A stretch of 64,000 bases of DNA, taken from the NCBI GenBank assembly GCA_965223375.1, contig OZ245000.1, positions 2,267,092 through 2,331,091 on the forward strand, written 5' to 3'. This document shows, piece after piece, positions 9,010 to 18,144 of this stretch. A program made the translations under genes and the position numbers. Source of the DNA: Candidatus Rariloculaceae bacterium (GTDB lineage: Bacteria > Pseudomonadota > Gammaproteobacteria > Steroidobacterales > Rariloculaceae). The notes below the pieces were generated by a model. The model was not told the origin of the DNA. It worked only from the letters and a program-made list of their open reading frames with translations, and did no database searches. Positions within the stretch are counted from its first letter, which is position 1. Each line of letters opens with the position of its first letter.

Positions 9010-9111
9010 GTCACCGGTCCCCGATCCTCCGACATGGCCCGCGCAATTTAGGTCACTGTCCCCAATCTCCTTCTCCGACACGTGGCCCAGGCAATTTAGG
9101 TCACTGTCCCC
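9010..9111. repeat. Tandem 42-48-bp repeat element, about 2.3 copies
   Basis: The units start with GTCAC(C)GGTCCCC or GTCACTGTCCCC at 9010, 9052 and 9100. A 21-bp exact repeat GCAATTTAGGTCACTGTCCCC occurs at 9043-9063 and 9091-9111. Confidence 0.85.
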
Positions 9112-10429
9112 TTTCTTTGTCCCTTTCTCCGTCCTCAATCTCGCGCCGGAGCACGTACACGACCGTGCCGACGACGAGTGCCGCCGCGCCCGCTATCAGA
9201 TTTTCCGCGGTGGAGCTCGCGAGAAACGCGAAGCAGACGCAGAGAGCCAGAACAGGGATCGTGAGCCCGCCGGGCAGGACGAGCGTCCGCTCTCTGCCGG
9301 CGAATTTCCTGCGCAGCACGGGTACGGCGGCGGCCGTGCCGATGTAGGTGGCGAGCCGCGCGACTACCGACAGCAGCACCAGCTGGACGAACGAACCCGA
9401 AAGGGCCAGCGCCGCGGTAAGCGCGGACTGGACGAGAATCGCCCACGCGGGCGTGCGGAACCGAGGATGCACGCGGGCAAGAGCAGACGGCCCGAAACCG
9501 CTCTTCGCAAGCACGTAGAGATACCGCGACCCGACGAACATCGTGTTGCCGACATTGCCGCCGATCGAAACGGCCGCGCCGAGGGTCATCAGCAAACCCG
9601 CCCAGACGCCGATCACGACCGCGGCAGAGTCCGCGAGCGGCGCACCTTCCGCGCGTGCGGCGAGATCCGGCAGCGTACCGAGCGCGACGAGCTGGATCAG
9701 CGTGTAGAGCAGCGTCACGGCCACGATGACCGCTATCAGCGCGAATGGCACGTCGCGCTTCGGGTGCCGAAACTCGCCGGCCGCTGCCGCGGTGTTCTCG
9801 AAACCCGCGTAGGCATAGAGCAGCAGCAGTGAGGCGGCACCGAGGCTCGCCCCATCGGGCGCGCTCGCGGGCCAGATCAGCGATTCGTCGACGGCCGGAA
9901 GCCCGATGACGATCAGCAGCAGCAACGGCAGCGTCTTCGCGACCGTCAGCGTGACCTCGAGCCGCGCCGCGTACTGCACGCCGATCAGATTGATCAGCGA
10001 GAAGAAGGTGAGCGGCAACAGGATCACGGCTGCCCGGGTTGCGCCTGCCGTCGCCTCGGGCAGGACGAACGTAAGCGCCTGCGCGAAACCGTTCCAGAGC
10101 GCAGCGGCCCCCGCCAGACGCGCGAGCCACGTCATCCAGCCGACCTGAAACCCGGCGAACTCGCCGAAGGCCTCGCGCGCGTAGACGTAGGCGGCACCGG
10201 GCTCGTCGAAGTGGCTGCCGGCCTCGGCGAAACACAACGCGAGCAGCAGGACCGCCGCCCCGGCAACGGGCACGGCCCACAAGCTCGCAGGACCCAGCAG
10301 CGCGGCCGCCGCAGCCGGCAGCAGATAGACACCGCTGCCGATCACGCCGTTCATCGACATGCCGACGATCTGCCAGCGCGTGATCGCGCGCAGCAGTCCT
10401 GCCGGGTGACTCAATGCCGCACTCCGCAA
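9101..10429 (-). CDS. APC-superfamily amino acid permease
   Basis: About 12 predicted TM segments. The N-terminal ITRWQIVGMSMNGVIGSGVYLLP is typical of amino acid/polyamine permeases. The annotated start is TTG and is uncertain. Confidence 0.8.
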   Translation of the reverse strand: MRSAALSHPAGLLRAITRWQIVGMSMNGVIGSGVYLLPAAAAALLGPASLWAVPVAGAAVLLLALCFAEAGSHFDEPGAAYVYAREAFGEFAGFQVGWMTWLARLAGAAALWNGFAQALTFVLPEATAGATRAAVILLPLTFFSLINLIGVQYAARLEVTLTVAKTLPLLLLIVIGLPAVDESLIWPASAPDGASLGAASLLLLYAYAGFENTAAAAGEFRHPKRDVPFALIAVIVAVTLLYTLIQLVALGTLPDLAARAEGAPLADSAAVVIGVWAGLLMTLGAAVSIGGNVGNTMFVGSRYLYVLAKSGFGPSALARVHPRFRTPAWAILVQSALTAALALSGSFVQLVLLSVVARLATYIGTAAAVPVLRRKFAGRERTLVLPGGLTIPVLALCVCFAFLASSTAENLIAGAAALVVGTVVYVLRREIEDGERDKERGQ

Positions 10430-10544
10430 CGCAGACAGAACATCATGCGCAGGATTGTAGTGACATCACGAGCCCGTATCGCCGCTTGATCCTCGCGCTC
10501 GTCGGCACCTATTCTGCTCCGATCGGGGGGGCAGGATTCCAGCG

Positions 10545-11297
10545 ATGAGCACAACCGCCACATCGGCCGCATCGGGTACGCGCCATGCATTCCGGCCGTC
10601 ATTCTTCTTCTGGATGACGCTGGTCATGAGCTTCTTCGTCTTCGCCGGCTTCGGCATGACGTACTGGTTCCCGCTCGCGACCGGCACTTTTCCGCCGGCG
10701 CCACCGATCGTCCACCTGCACGGCTTCGTGTTCTTCACCTGGATGATCCTGCTCGTCACGCAGGCTGCGCTGATCAACGCGCACAACGTGAAGCTGCATC
10801 GCAGCCTCGGCACGTACGGCATCGCCCATGCAACCGTCATTCTCTACACAGGCGCGCTGATCCAGCTGATCGCCGTCAGCACCAGCATCGACAACGGCGG
10901 CACCGGGCCTTTCGATGCCGTCTATCTCGGCTTCATGGCTGTCGTCGGCTTCGCCCTGCTGTTTACGCTCGCGATCCGCAACGTCCGCCGGCCCGATGCG
11001 CACAAGCGACTGATGCTCTTCGCGATGCTGCCGATTCTGCCCCCCGGCGTGAACCGTTTCTGGCAGGTGCCTTTCGGCCTCGACTACATCCCGGTCGTTC
11101 CGCTGTACCTGACTCTGAACTCGATGGCGCTCGCGATCCTGGTACACGAGTGGCGAACCCTGGGCCGGATCGGCCGATACTCGATCGTGGGCGCCGGCTT
11201 CATCTTTCTGCAGAGCCTCGCGCATGTTCCGATCGTGCAATCCGACGCTTTCAACGACGCCGTCTTCTACGTCGCGAGCCTGATTCGTTACCGCTGA
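10545..11297 (+). CDS. Integral membrane protein of unknown function
   Basis: ATG start. Multiple hydrophobic helices and high third-position GC. I recognise no family. Confidence 0.65.
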   Translation: MSTTATSAASGTRHAFRPSFFFWMTLVMSFFVFAGFGMTYWFPLATGTFPPAPPIVHLHGFVFFTWMILLVTQAALINAHNVKLHRSLGTYGIAHATVILYTGALIQLIAVSTSIDNGGTGPFDAVYLGFMAVVGFALLFTLAIRNVRRPDAHKRLMLFAMLPILPPGVNRFWQVPFGLDYIPVVPLYLTLNSMALAILVHEWRTLGRIGRYSIVGAGFIFLQSLAHVPIVQSDAFNDAVFYVASLIRYR

Positions 11298-11392
11298 TCC
11301 CGCCCGCCGATCTCGACGCCTGGCCCGTGTAATCGGTGACGTTTCCGGGCTAAGCGGCGCGATCGGCTGCCTCCACGCGCGACGCGATTCGC

Positions 11393-13378
11393 TCAGCCGG
11401 CCGTGACGTAGCATGCGGCCGAATGCTGCGGGCTCGGCCCGTTCAGCGGCGGGTGCTGCGCAGCCCGGCAGCGATCCTCGGCGATCGGGCACTGCGCCAG
11501 AAAACGGCAGCGAGCGTCGGCGTCCTCGCCGCTGCCGGCCAGAATCTCGGGCTCCGCCCGGTCGCGGCCCGGCTCGGGAAGCGGTACTGCCGCAAGCAGC
11601 GCCCGCGTATACGGATGCAGCGGCTTCGCAAGCACGTCCTCGGTATCGCCGAGCTCGATGATCCGGCCGCGGTACATCACGGCCGTCCGGTCGCAGAGAT
11701 AGCGCGCTACTGCGAGGTCGTGAGTGATGTAGAGCATGCTCAGATTCAGGTCGCGCCTGAGCTCCAGCAGCACGTCCATGATCCCGGCGCGGACCGAGAC
11801 ATCGAGCATCGATGTCGGCTCGTCGGCAACGATGATCTGCGGACTGACGACCATCGCGCGTGCGATCGCGACGCGCTGACGCTGACCGCCGGACAACTCA
11901 TGCGGATAACGGCGCGCGAATCGATGCGCCGGCGTGAGCCCGGTGCGCTCGAGCATATCTGCAACGGCTGACCGTCGATCGCCGCCCGTGTCGATGCCGA
12001 GCACCTCCAGCGGCTCGGCGACGATGTCGCCGATGCGCATCCGGGGATTCAGCGACTCGTAAGGGTCCTGGAAGATCATCTGCACGTTGCGCCGGAGCGT
12101 TCTTCGGTCGAGTTCCGCGAGATCCCGCGTCGCGCCGTCGACCTCGATCCTGATCAGCCCGGCGGTCGGATCAGTCAGCCCGACTAGCATGCGTCCGAGT
12201 GTCGTCTTGCCCGACCCGGAGCCGCCGACGAGCCCCAGCACCTCGCCGGCCGCGATGTTCAATGACACATCGCCGACAGCGGTCAAAGCACGCCTGGCCT
12301 TGCGGGGGAAACGCGGCCCGGTGACGAAGACCCGCGACACGCTCTCGATGCGGATCCGGGCAGCATCGTCGCCGCCCGTGCTGGCTGCGGCAATGGTCTC
12401 CGCCGATGCAGCGCGCGGTGAGTCGCCGACACCGAGCGGGAACCAGCAGTGCGCGACCAGGCCGTCGCGGCGGGCTGCCGGCGGCTCTTCCGTGCATTGC
12501 CCGGTTGCCAGGCTGCAGCGCGGCGCAAAGCGGCAGCCGGGCGGCGGCGAAACCAGGCTCGGGGGACCGCCGGGCAGTCCGTGCACGACGTGCCGCGGGC
12601 CGGTCATGGCCGGCGACGCGCTGAGCAGGGCAGCCGTATAGGGATGCGAGGGCGCAGTGAAGATTGCATCTACCGGTCCCGTTTCGACGATCCGGCCCGC
12701 ATACATGACCGCCACGACATCGGCGAGCCCCGCGACCACGGCCATGTCATGCGTGATGTAGACCATGCCGAGATCGCGGCCCGCACGCGCCCGCCGCAGC
12801 TCTTTCAGAATCTGATGCTGAACGATGACGTCGAGCGCCGTCGTGGGCTCGTCGGCGATCAGCACACGCGGACCGCAGGCCAGAGCCATCGCGATGACGG
12901 CACGCTGCTTCATGCCTCCGCTGTACTCGTGCGGAAAATTGCGGCGCGCGTCGGCATCGAGGCCAACAGCGGCGAATAGCTCGATTACCCGCTGATCAGC
13001 GGCTCGCCGCCCGATTGCCGGCTCGTGAGCGAGGATCGCCTCGATGATCTGCTCGCCGACGGGGTAAACGGGATTCCAGGCGTTCATCGCGCCCTGGAAG
13101 ATCATCGCCACATCGCGGCCGCGGATGTCACCCCAGGCCTCCGGCGTGAGCCCGCTGATATCGCGATTGTCGAGCAGCACCTTGCCCGATACATCGGCCG
13201 CATCGGGCAGCAGGCCCATCAGCGCGAGGCCCATCGTCGTCTTGCCACAACCGGATTCGCCGACGACGCCGAGTACCTGGCCCGCCTCCAGCCGGAAGCA
13301 GGCCTGCTCCAGTGCGTGCGCCGGTCCGCGCCGGGTCGCGTAGCGGACGCTCAGGTCGTGCACTTCGAGCAAAGCCAC
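11393..13378 (-). CDS. ABC transporter ATP-binding protein, duplicated ATPase (DppD/DppF-type fusion)
   Basis: Two Walker A motifs ([18 protein letters not shown]) and two ABC signatures ([16 protein letters not shown]). GTG start 3 nt after the permease stop. Confidence 0.92.
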   Translation of the reverse strand: MALLEVHDLSVRYATRRGPAHALEQACFRLEAGQVLGVVGESGCGKTTMGLALMGLLPDAADVSGKVLLDNRDISGLTPEAWGDIRGRDVAMIFQGAMNAWNPVYPVGEQIIEAILAHEPAIGRRAADQRVIELFAAVGLDADARRNFPHEYSGGMKQRAVIAMALACGPRVLIADEPTTALDVIVQHQILKELRRARAGRDLGMVYITHDMAVVAGLADVVAVMYAGRIVETGPVDAIFTAPSHPYTAALLSASPAMTGPRHVVHGLPGGPPSLVSPPPGCRFAPRCSLATGQCTEEPPAARRDGLVAHCWFPLGVGDSPRAASAETIAAASTGGDDAARIRIESVSRVFVTGPRFPRKARRALTAVGDVSLNIAAGEVLGLVGGSGSGKTTLGRMLVGLTDPTAGLIRIEVDGATRDLAELDRRTLRRNVQMIFQDPYESLNPRMRIGDIVAEPLEVLGIDTGGDRRSAVADMLERTGLTPAHRFARRYPHELSGGQRQRVAIARAMVVSPQIIVADEPTSMLDVSVRAGIMDVLLELRRDLNLSMLYITHDLAVARYLCDRTAVMYRGRIIELGDTEDVLAKPLHPYTRALLAAVPLPEPGRDRAEPEILAGSGEDADARCRFLAQCPIAEDRCRAAQHPPLNGPSPQHSAACYVTAG

Positions 13379-13381
13379 GCG

Positions 13382-14389
13382 TTACCTCTGCCTCAACCGC
13401 GGATTCACGACTTCGTCGAGCCCGCGCCCGATCATGTAAAACGCGGCGCAGATCAGCGTGATCGCGAGACCCGGGGGCACCCACAGGTACCAGTACTCGG
13501 CCAGCAGCGGACCACCGAGATAACCGGCCGTGTACGCCTCGTTGATCATCAGGCCGAGGCTCATGCGCACCTGCGGCAGCAGACCGAAGAAGCTCAGCGC
13601 TGCTTCGGCGAAAATCGCAGACGTGACCGTGAACATCATGTAGAGAAAGCTCATCGGGAGCACGTTCGGGATGACGTGTCGGAATATGATGTGCCCGTTC
13701 GAGCCGCCCGCGACGCGGGCCGCATCGATGAACGGCTTCACCGTTACGCTCAGCGCACGCGACTTCAGAATGACCGTGATCCCGCCGAAGCCCCCGATGA
13801 TGCCGATGATCAGGGCGAGCCCCGTGATGCCGAGCGTCGCGACGCCGGAGATTGCGACCAGCAGCGTGAAGACCGGGAAGATCATCAGAAAGTTCGCCAA
13901 CCGCATGAAGAAGCCGTCGACGAGCGTGTTTCTGAAATAGGCAGCCAGACAGCCGATGACAGTGCCGATCGAAACGCTGATCACCGCGGCCAGAATGCCG
14001 AGACCGAAAGCGATACCGACCGAGTACATCAGCTGACTCAGCACGTCGCGCCCGAAGCGGCTGATGCCCAGCGGATGCTCGAGCGACGGCGCGGACGGGA
14101 GCGCCACATCGCTGGTAAATCCGTTCACCGGGTGATAGATCTCCGGATCCCAGACGAAGGCCAGCAGCAGCGGATGCAGCAGCGCCAGCGAGCCGACCGC
14201 CGCGAGCAGTGCGAGACCGAATGGACCGATCCGCCCGGCGACGAATATTCGCCAGTTCTCGGCCCAGCGATCGCGGGCGCGGCCGCCGGCAGCGCCATTC
14301 GTCGGGGCGGGCCCGGACCTGGTTCCCTCTGCGGCTCCGGCTCCGGCTCCGGCTCCGGCCGCAGGACCATGTTCGCGCGACTCAGCCAT
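13382..14389 (-). CDS. ABC transporter permease (DppC/OppC-like)
   Basis: Polytopic membrane protein in the operon. The ATG at 14389 overlaps the upstream stop (ATGGCTGA). The N-terminal tail contains a (Gly-Ala)n run. Confidence 0.88.
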   Translation of the reverse strand: MAESREHGPAAGAGAGAGAAEGTRSGPAPTNGAAGGRARDRWAENWRIFVAGRIGPFGLALLAAVGSLALLHPLLLAFVWDPEIYHPVNGFTSDVALPSAPSLEHPLGISRFGRDVLSQLMYSVGIAFGLGILAAVISVSIGTVIGCLAAYFRNTLVDGFFMRLANFLMIFPVFTLLVAISGVATLGITGLALIIGIIGGFGGITVILKSRALSVTVKPFIDAARVAGGSNGHIIFRHVIPNVLPMSFLYMMFTVTSAIFAEAALSFFGLLPQVRMSLGLMINEAYTAGYLGGPLLAEYWYLWVPPGLAITLICAAFYMIGRGLDEVVNPRLRQR

Positions 14390-15554
14390 CACGGACTCGG
14401 GGATCGATCGTCGCGTAGAGCAGATCGATGACCAGATGCGCGGTCAGCACGGCAACGCCGGTCACCAGCACCATACCGATCGTCACCGGATAGTTCTGCT
14501 CGATCACCGACCGCAGGATCGCCTGGCCCATGCCTGGCCAGGAAAACAGCGTCTCGGTAATCACCGCGCCGTCGAGCACCAGCGCAACAGCCAGCGCAAA
14601 CGACGTGGCGATCGGCAACAAGGACGTGCGCGCGACGTGCCGGTCGCGCACCTGCCGATCGCTCAGTCCTTTGGCGCGCGCCGTGAGCACGAAGTCGTCG
14701 CGCATCGTTTCGAGCATCGAGTCGCGCATCACGAGCATCGGGCTCGCGAATCCAATCGTCACCAGAGCGATGACCGGCAGCGTCATGTGATAGACGACGT
14801 CGACCGCGAGCGCCGCGAGCCCTGCGCGCTGCCACCACCAGACGATACCGACCGCGAGCAATACGCTACCGGCCAGCCGCAGAACGGTGCGCTGCGAAGC
14901 CTGATCGACCGATCGCGTGGCGGACAGCAACAACAGGATCCATACCGCGGCAAAGATGCCGGAAAAGATCATGGGCACGAATACGTCGTTCGAAACGAGG
15001 CCCCGCTCGATGAATGGCTGCCAGAGCGGAAAGCTCTGCCAGCCGCCGAAAGGGAACAGCCCGAGATGGAGTGCGAAGAACCAGAGCACGACGAGCGCGG
15101 CCAGCGGCGTGAAGACGTTCGCGAGCATTACGCCGACAGCCGTCGGGACGAGCTCGGTAAGGCTGCCGCGTCGCCAGGCGATGCGTTTGCCGATCTGAAA
15201 GCCGAGCGTGTAGTTCAGCAGCACGACGACGAGGAACAGTAACAATGTGCGCGGCAATCGCTCGGCGATGATCTCGGTGACCGGGCGTCCGGCCTGAAAG
15301 CTCGCGCTCGGAAAAGCCTCGCCGAGATCCAGCCGCGCGAGACCCTCGAGGTAGATCACGAAACGCTCGTGCACCGGACGGTCGAGGCCGAGCCGCTCGA
15401 TAATCGCCTCGCGCGCCTCCGGCGGCGTCTCCGGACTGATCATCAGGCTGGTGATGTCGCCCGGCATGACCTGAAAGACGAGGAACACGGCCGCGACGAC
15501 CAGAATCAGCAGCAGCAGGCTCTGCACCAGCCGTCGAAGAACGTAGGCGGTCAT
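14382..15554 (-). CDS. ABC transporter permease (DppB/OppB-like)
   Basis: The N-terminus MTAYVLRRLVQSLLLLILV is typical of OppB/DppB permeases. TAATG overlap with the binding-protein gene. Confidence 0.88.
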   Translation of the reverse strand: MTAYVLRRLVQSLLLLILVVAAVFLVFQVMPGDITSLMISPETPPEAREAIIERLGLDRPVHERFVIYLEGLARLDLGEAFPSASFQAGRPVTEIIAERLPRTLLLFLVVVLLNYTLGFQIGKRIAWRRGSLTELVPTAVGVMLANVFTPLAALVVLWFFALHLGLFPFGGWQSFPLWQPFIERGLVSNDVFVPMIFSGIFAAVWILLLLSATRSVDQASQRTVLRLAGSVLLAVGIVWWWQRAGLAALAVDVVYHMTLPVIALVTIGFASPMLVMRDSMLETMRDDFVLTARAKGLSDRQVRDRHVARTSLLPIATSFALAVALVLDGAVITETLFSWPGMGQAILRSVIEQNYPVTIGMVLVTGVAVLTAHLVIDLLYATIDPRVRDG

Positions 15555-17446
15555 TATCTAACCTGCACGGAATCGATCAGGCCGTAGACCGGCGAGCCCT
15601 GGATGCCGTTCATTCCCCGTGTCGTCGCAAACTCAATGCTGTCGGAGCGATAGGCCTCGATGATCGGTGTGTCGAACAGGGGGATCCACGGCAGGTCGCG
15701 GGCGAGCATGACCTGCAACTCGTCGGCCAGCGCAGCGGCCCGATCGAGATCGTCCGCCTCCTGCAGAAACTCGTCGACCAGCGCATCGTATTCCGGGCTC
15801 GCGTAGCCGGATGTATTGCGTTGCCGCGGCCCGCGGTAGTCGGAGTGGAAGAAGTTGTTCAGGTGCGATGGATACGGCGTCAGGCTGTAGCCGAGGATCC
15901 ACATGTCCATGTCCTGCTGATCCTGCACACGGTCGATCAGCACGTTGAACGCCAGCGGTATTCGTTGCACCGGGATGCCGACGTCATTGATCCACCGCTC
16001 GGCCCAGAGCCCGAAAGTCGAGCGCATCGCGTCGTAGGTATCGGTCGGCGTCAGCAGCTCGAGCGGCCGCATCGGCTCGCCGTCGGGCATACGGATGCCG
16101 GCCCCGCGCCGTACCAGAGTGCCGTCCGCGCCCAACTCGGGTTTCGTCTCCCACGTGTAGCCCGCTGCCTCCAGGAGATCGACGGCGGCGACGATTCGCT
16201 CGCCTCGACTCATTCCGGCGCCGAACACCTGCACGTCTTCGTTGTACCAGAACGCATTGGCCGGCGGCACGATGCTGCTCAGCGAATAGGCGACACCCTG
16301 CAGCACCTGCTGAGTCACGAAGTCCCTGTCGATCAGCGTCGCTACTGCCTGGCGGAACGCGAGGTCATCCATCGGCTCACGGCGCATGTTGAAGCCCATG
16401 TAGCGAATGCCGTTTTGCTCGTTCTCGACGATCTGGATGCCGGGGGTGCCGCGGAGCTGATTGACGAAACCGATCTCGAGCCCCAGGGAATTGAGCAGGA
16501 AATCGACTTCGCCGGCCTGCAGCGCGAGCACGGCGGCCGCCTGCGAACCGTAAATGCGATAGTGCGCGGAGCCGATGTTCGGTCCGGACCGGATCGTCAC
16601 TCGCGGTGCGGCGCCGGCTTCGACACCCCGGCTCCAGAGCGAGCCGTCGCCCGCGAGGATGGCAACGCCACCGTTCTCGTACAGTTGCTGCTCGCTTCCG
16701 GCGCCCGAATAGGCCATGTTCGCCGGGCGATCGACGAACGATCCGCGCTCCCAGGTGCCGCGCAGGAAAGCGCCGGCCACCGGCTCGTCGGCGACATCGA
16801 CGTTGTAGATGGCGTTGATCGGATCGTCGGACTCGAGCGCCGCGTCGACGTGTGAGCGCCAGAACGCCTGCTGCATGATCGGGGCAAGCAGCACGCCGAA
16901 CGGATAGCGGGCATCGCGCCGCTTCAGTCGGAACTCGACGGTGTACTCGTCGAGCGCCGCGACACTTTCCAGTATGTCGCCCGGCGCCAGGCGCGGAAAC
17001 TCTCCGCCGAGCTGGTTGGCGCCGAAAGCGGCAGTCGATTCGAAAGTAAACGCAACATCGTGGGCCGTGACCGGAGACCCGTCGCTCCAGCGATAGTCGC
17101 GCTGCAAAGCAACGGTCGAATGCCAGAGCCCGGAATCGCTGTCGAGCGTCAACGGGGTCGGCTCGCCGCTCGCGATACCCGGCACCCAGTCGAATGTTTC
17201 CGCGGTGTACGTGTAGAGAACCGGGAGTGAAGTCGCGCCGACGTACGCGCTCCAGATCGAGGCATTGGAACCGTAACGGGACCACGGATTGAGCGCCGAC
17301 GGGTCGTCGAGCAATGCGATATCGAATGCGCGGCCGGCCATGTGGTCGGCATCGGCCGGCTCCCAGCGCGTGGCTGTCAGTATCAGCGCCAGGCCCGCGG
17401 CCGCCATCATGGCAAGCGCGGCTGCTGACAGACCCGGTCGACTCAT
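15554..17446 (-). CDS. ABC transporter substrate-binding protein, family 5 (peptide/nickel type)
   Basis: Signal peptide. Contains the segment RWSDGSPVTAHDVAFTFE, typical of SBP_bac_5. It is the first gene of the four-gene ABC operon. Confidence 0.85.
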   Translation of the reverse strand: MSRPGLSAAALAMMAAAGLALILTATRWEPADADHMAGRAFDIALLDDPSALNPWSRYGSNASIWSAYVGATSLPVLYTYTAETFDWVPGIASGEPTPLTLDSDSGLWHSTVALQRDYRWSDGSPVTAHDVAFTFESTAAFGANQLGGEFPRLAPGDILESVAALDEYTVEFRLKRRDARYPFGVLLAPIMQQAFWRSHVDAALESDDPINAIYNVDVADEPVAGAFLRGTWERGSFVDRPANMAYSGAGSEQQLYENGGVAILAGDGSLWSRGVEAGAAPRVTIRSGPNIGSAHYRIYGSQAAAVLALQAGEVDFLLNSLGLEIGFVNQLRGTPGIQIVENEQNGIRYMGFNMRREPMDDLAFRQAVATLIDRDFVTQQVLQGVAYSLSSIVPPANAFWYNEDVQVFGAGMSRGERIVAAVDLLEAAGYTWETKPELGADGTLVRRGAGIRMPDGEPMRPLELLTPTDTYDAMRSTFGLWAERWINDVGIPVQRIPLAFNVLIDRVQDQQDMDMWILGYSLTPYPSHLNNFFHSDYRGPRQRNTSGYASPEYDALVDEFLQEADDLDRAAALADELQVMLARDLPWIPLFDTPIIEAYRSDSIEFATTRGMNGIQGSPVYGLIDSVQVR

Positions 17447-17590
17447 GCCGGCGTTTATACCAGTTCTCGATGCGCACCGCGGCTTCGTCGCCCGGCGCCG
17501 GACGACATTCGAGCTGAGCGTGGTTCAAACCATTTCCCGGCCGTCTCCATCAAACAGATCGAGTCACTTCGTTCGATACCGGAGACCATC

Positions 17591-17731
17591 GTGAAACACA
17601 GAACCACGAACCGTTCCTTCAATCCAATAGACGCGGCATCGGCACGTCGAACCTATTTCTTCATGTGCGGCCTGTTGACGTATTCGGTCGTTGCCATCGG
17701 CTATCTGATCAGCCTCTCGGCCGCCGGGTAG
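17591..17731 (+). CDS. Candidate small hydrophobic protein (46 aa), not in the supplied ORF track
   Basis: GTG start with GGAG 6 nt upstream. Translation: MKHRTTNRSFNPIDAASARRTYFFMCGLLTYSVVAIGYLISLSAAG, with one predicted TM helix. It uses rare codons (AGA, ATA) and I recognise no homology. Confidence 0.25.
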   Translation: MKHRTTNRSFNPIDAASARRTYFFMCGLLTYSVVAIGYLISLSAAG

Positions 17732-17747
17732 GACGCGGACGGCGAGG

Positions 17748-17807
17748 CATGCCGAATCGGAGCGTGCGTAGTCGGGGCGTGCCGAGTCGGAGCGTCCCGA
17801 GTCGAGC
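17748..17807. repeat. Imperfect 15-bp tandem repeat, 4 units
   Basis: The units are catgccgaatcggag, cgtgcgtagtcgggg, cgtgccgagtcggag and cgtcccgagtcgagc. Intergenic. Confidence 0.8.
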
Positions 17808-17841
17808 ATGCTGACGGCGGGGCGGGCAGAGCAGGCCGGCT

Positions 17842-18144
17842 TCAGCTCTCAGGCGGCACGAACTCATGCGCGAGCACGAGGTTCGTATTCGCCGTGCAAC
17901 CGATACGCATCTTTCTGAGCGGCGCGTAGTCCGGGTCGTTGTAGAAGGCGAGCGCCGTTTCCTCCGACTCGAACCGCAGGACGACGTAGGCGGCGCGCTT
18001 CTCTCCCTCGAGCGCCTGCGCGCCGGAATCGGCAGCCAGCACTTCGACATCGTATTTCGCGAGCAACGGCAGCACGCCGGGCACGTAGTCCTTCATACCC
18101 TCGGCGTCGACGATGTCGTAGCTCGCGATGATGTATGCACTCAT
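17842..18144 (-). CDS. DUF1330-domain protein (100 aa)
   Basis: The size and sequence (MSAYIIASYDIVD...YNDPDYAPLRKMR) match my recollection of DUF1330. ATGA overlap with the upstream gene. Confidence 0.8.
   Translation of the reverse strand: MSAYIIASYDIVDAEGMKDYVPGVLPLLAKYDVEVLAADSGAQALEGEKRAAYVVLRFESEETALAFYNDPDYAPLRKMRIGCTANTNLVLAHEFVPPES

Noticed and set aside
13025-14431. The 468-aa plus-strand ORF, and similar long ORFs at 33045..34613, 39251..40924, 43050..44279, 48452..49597 and 30167..31387
   Set aside because: All lie opposite to, or out of frame with, genes that have clear family motifs. All have Arg/Gly/Asp/Pro-dominated compositions and no recognisable domains.
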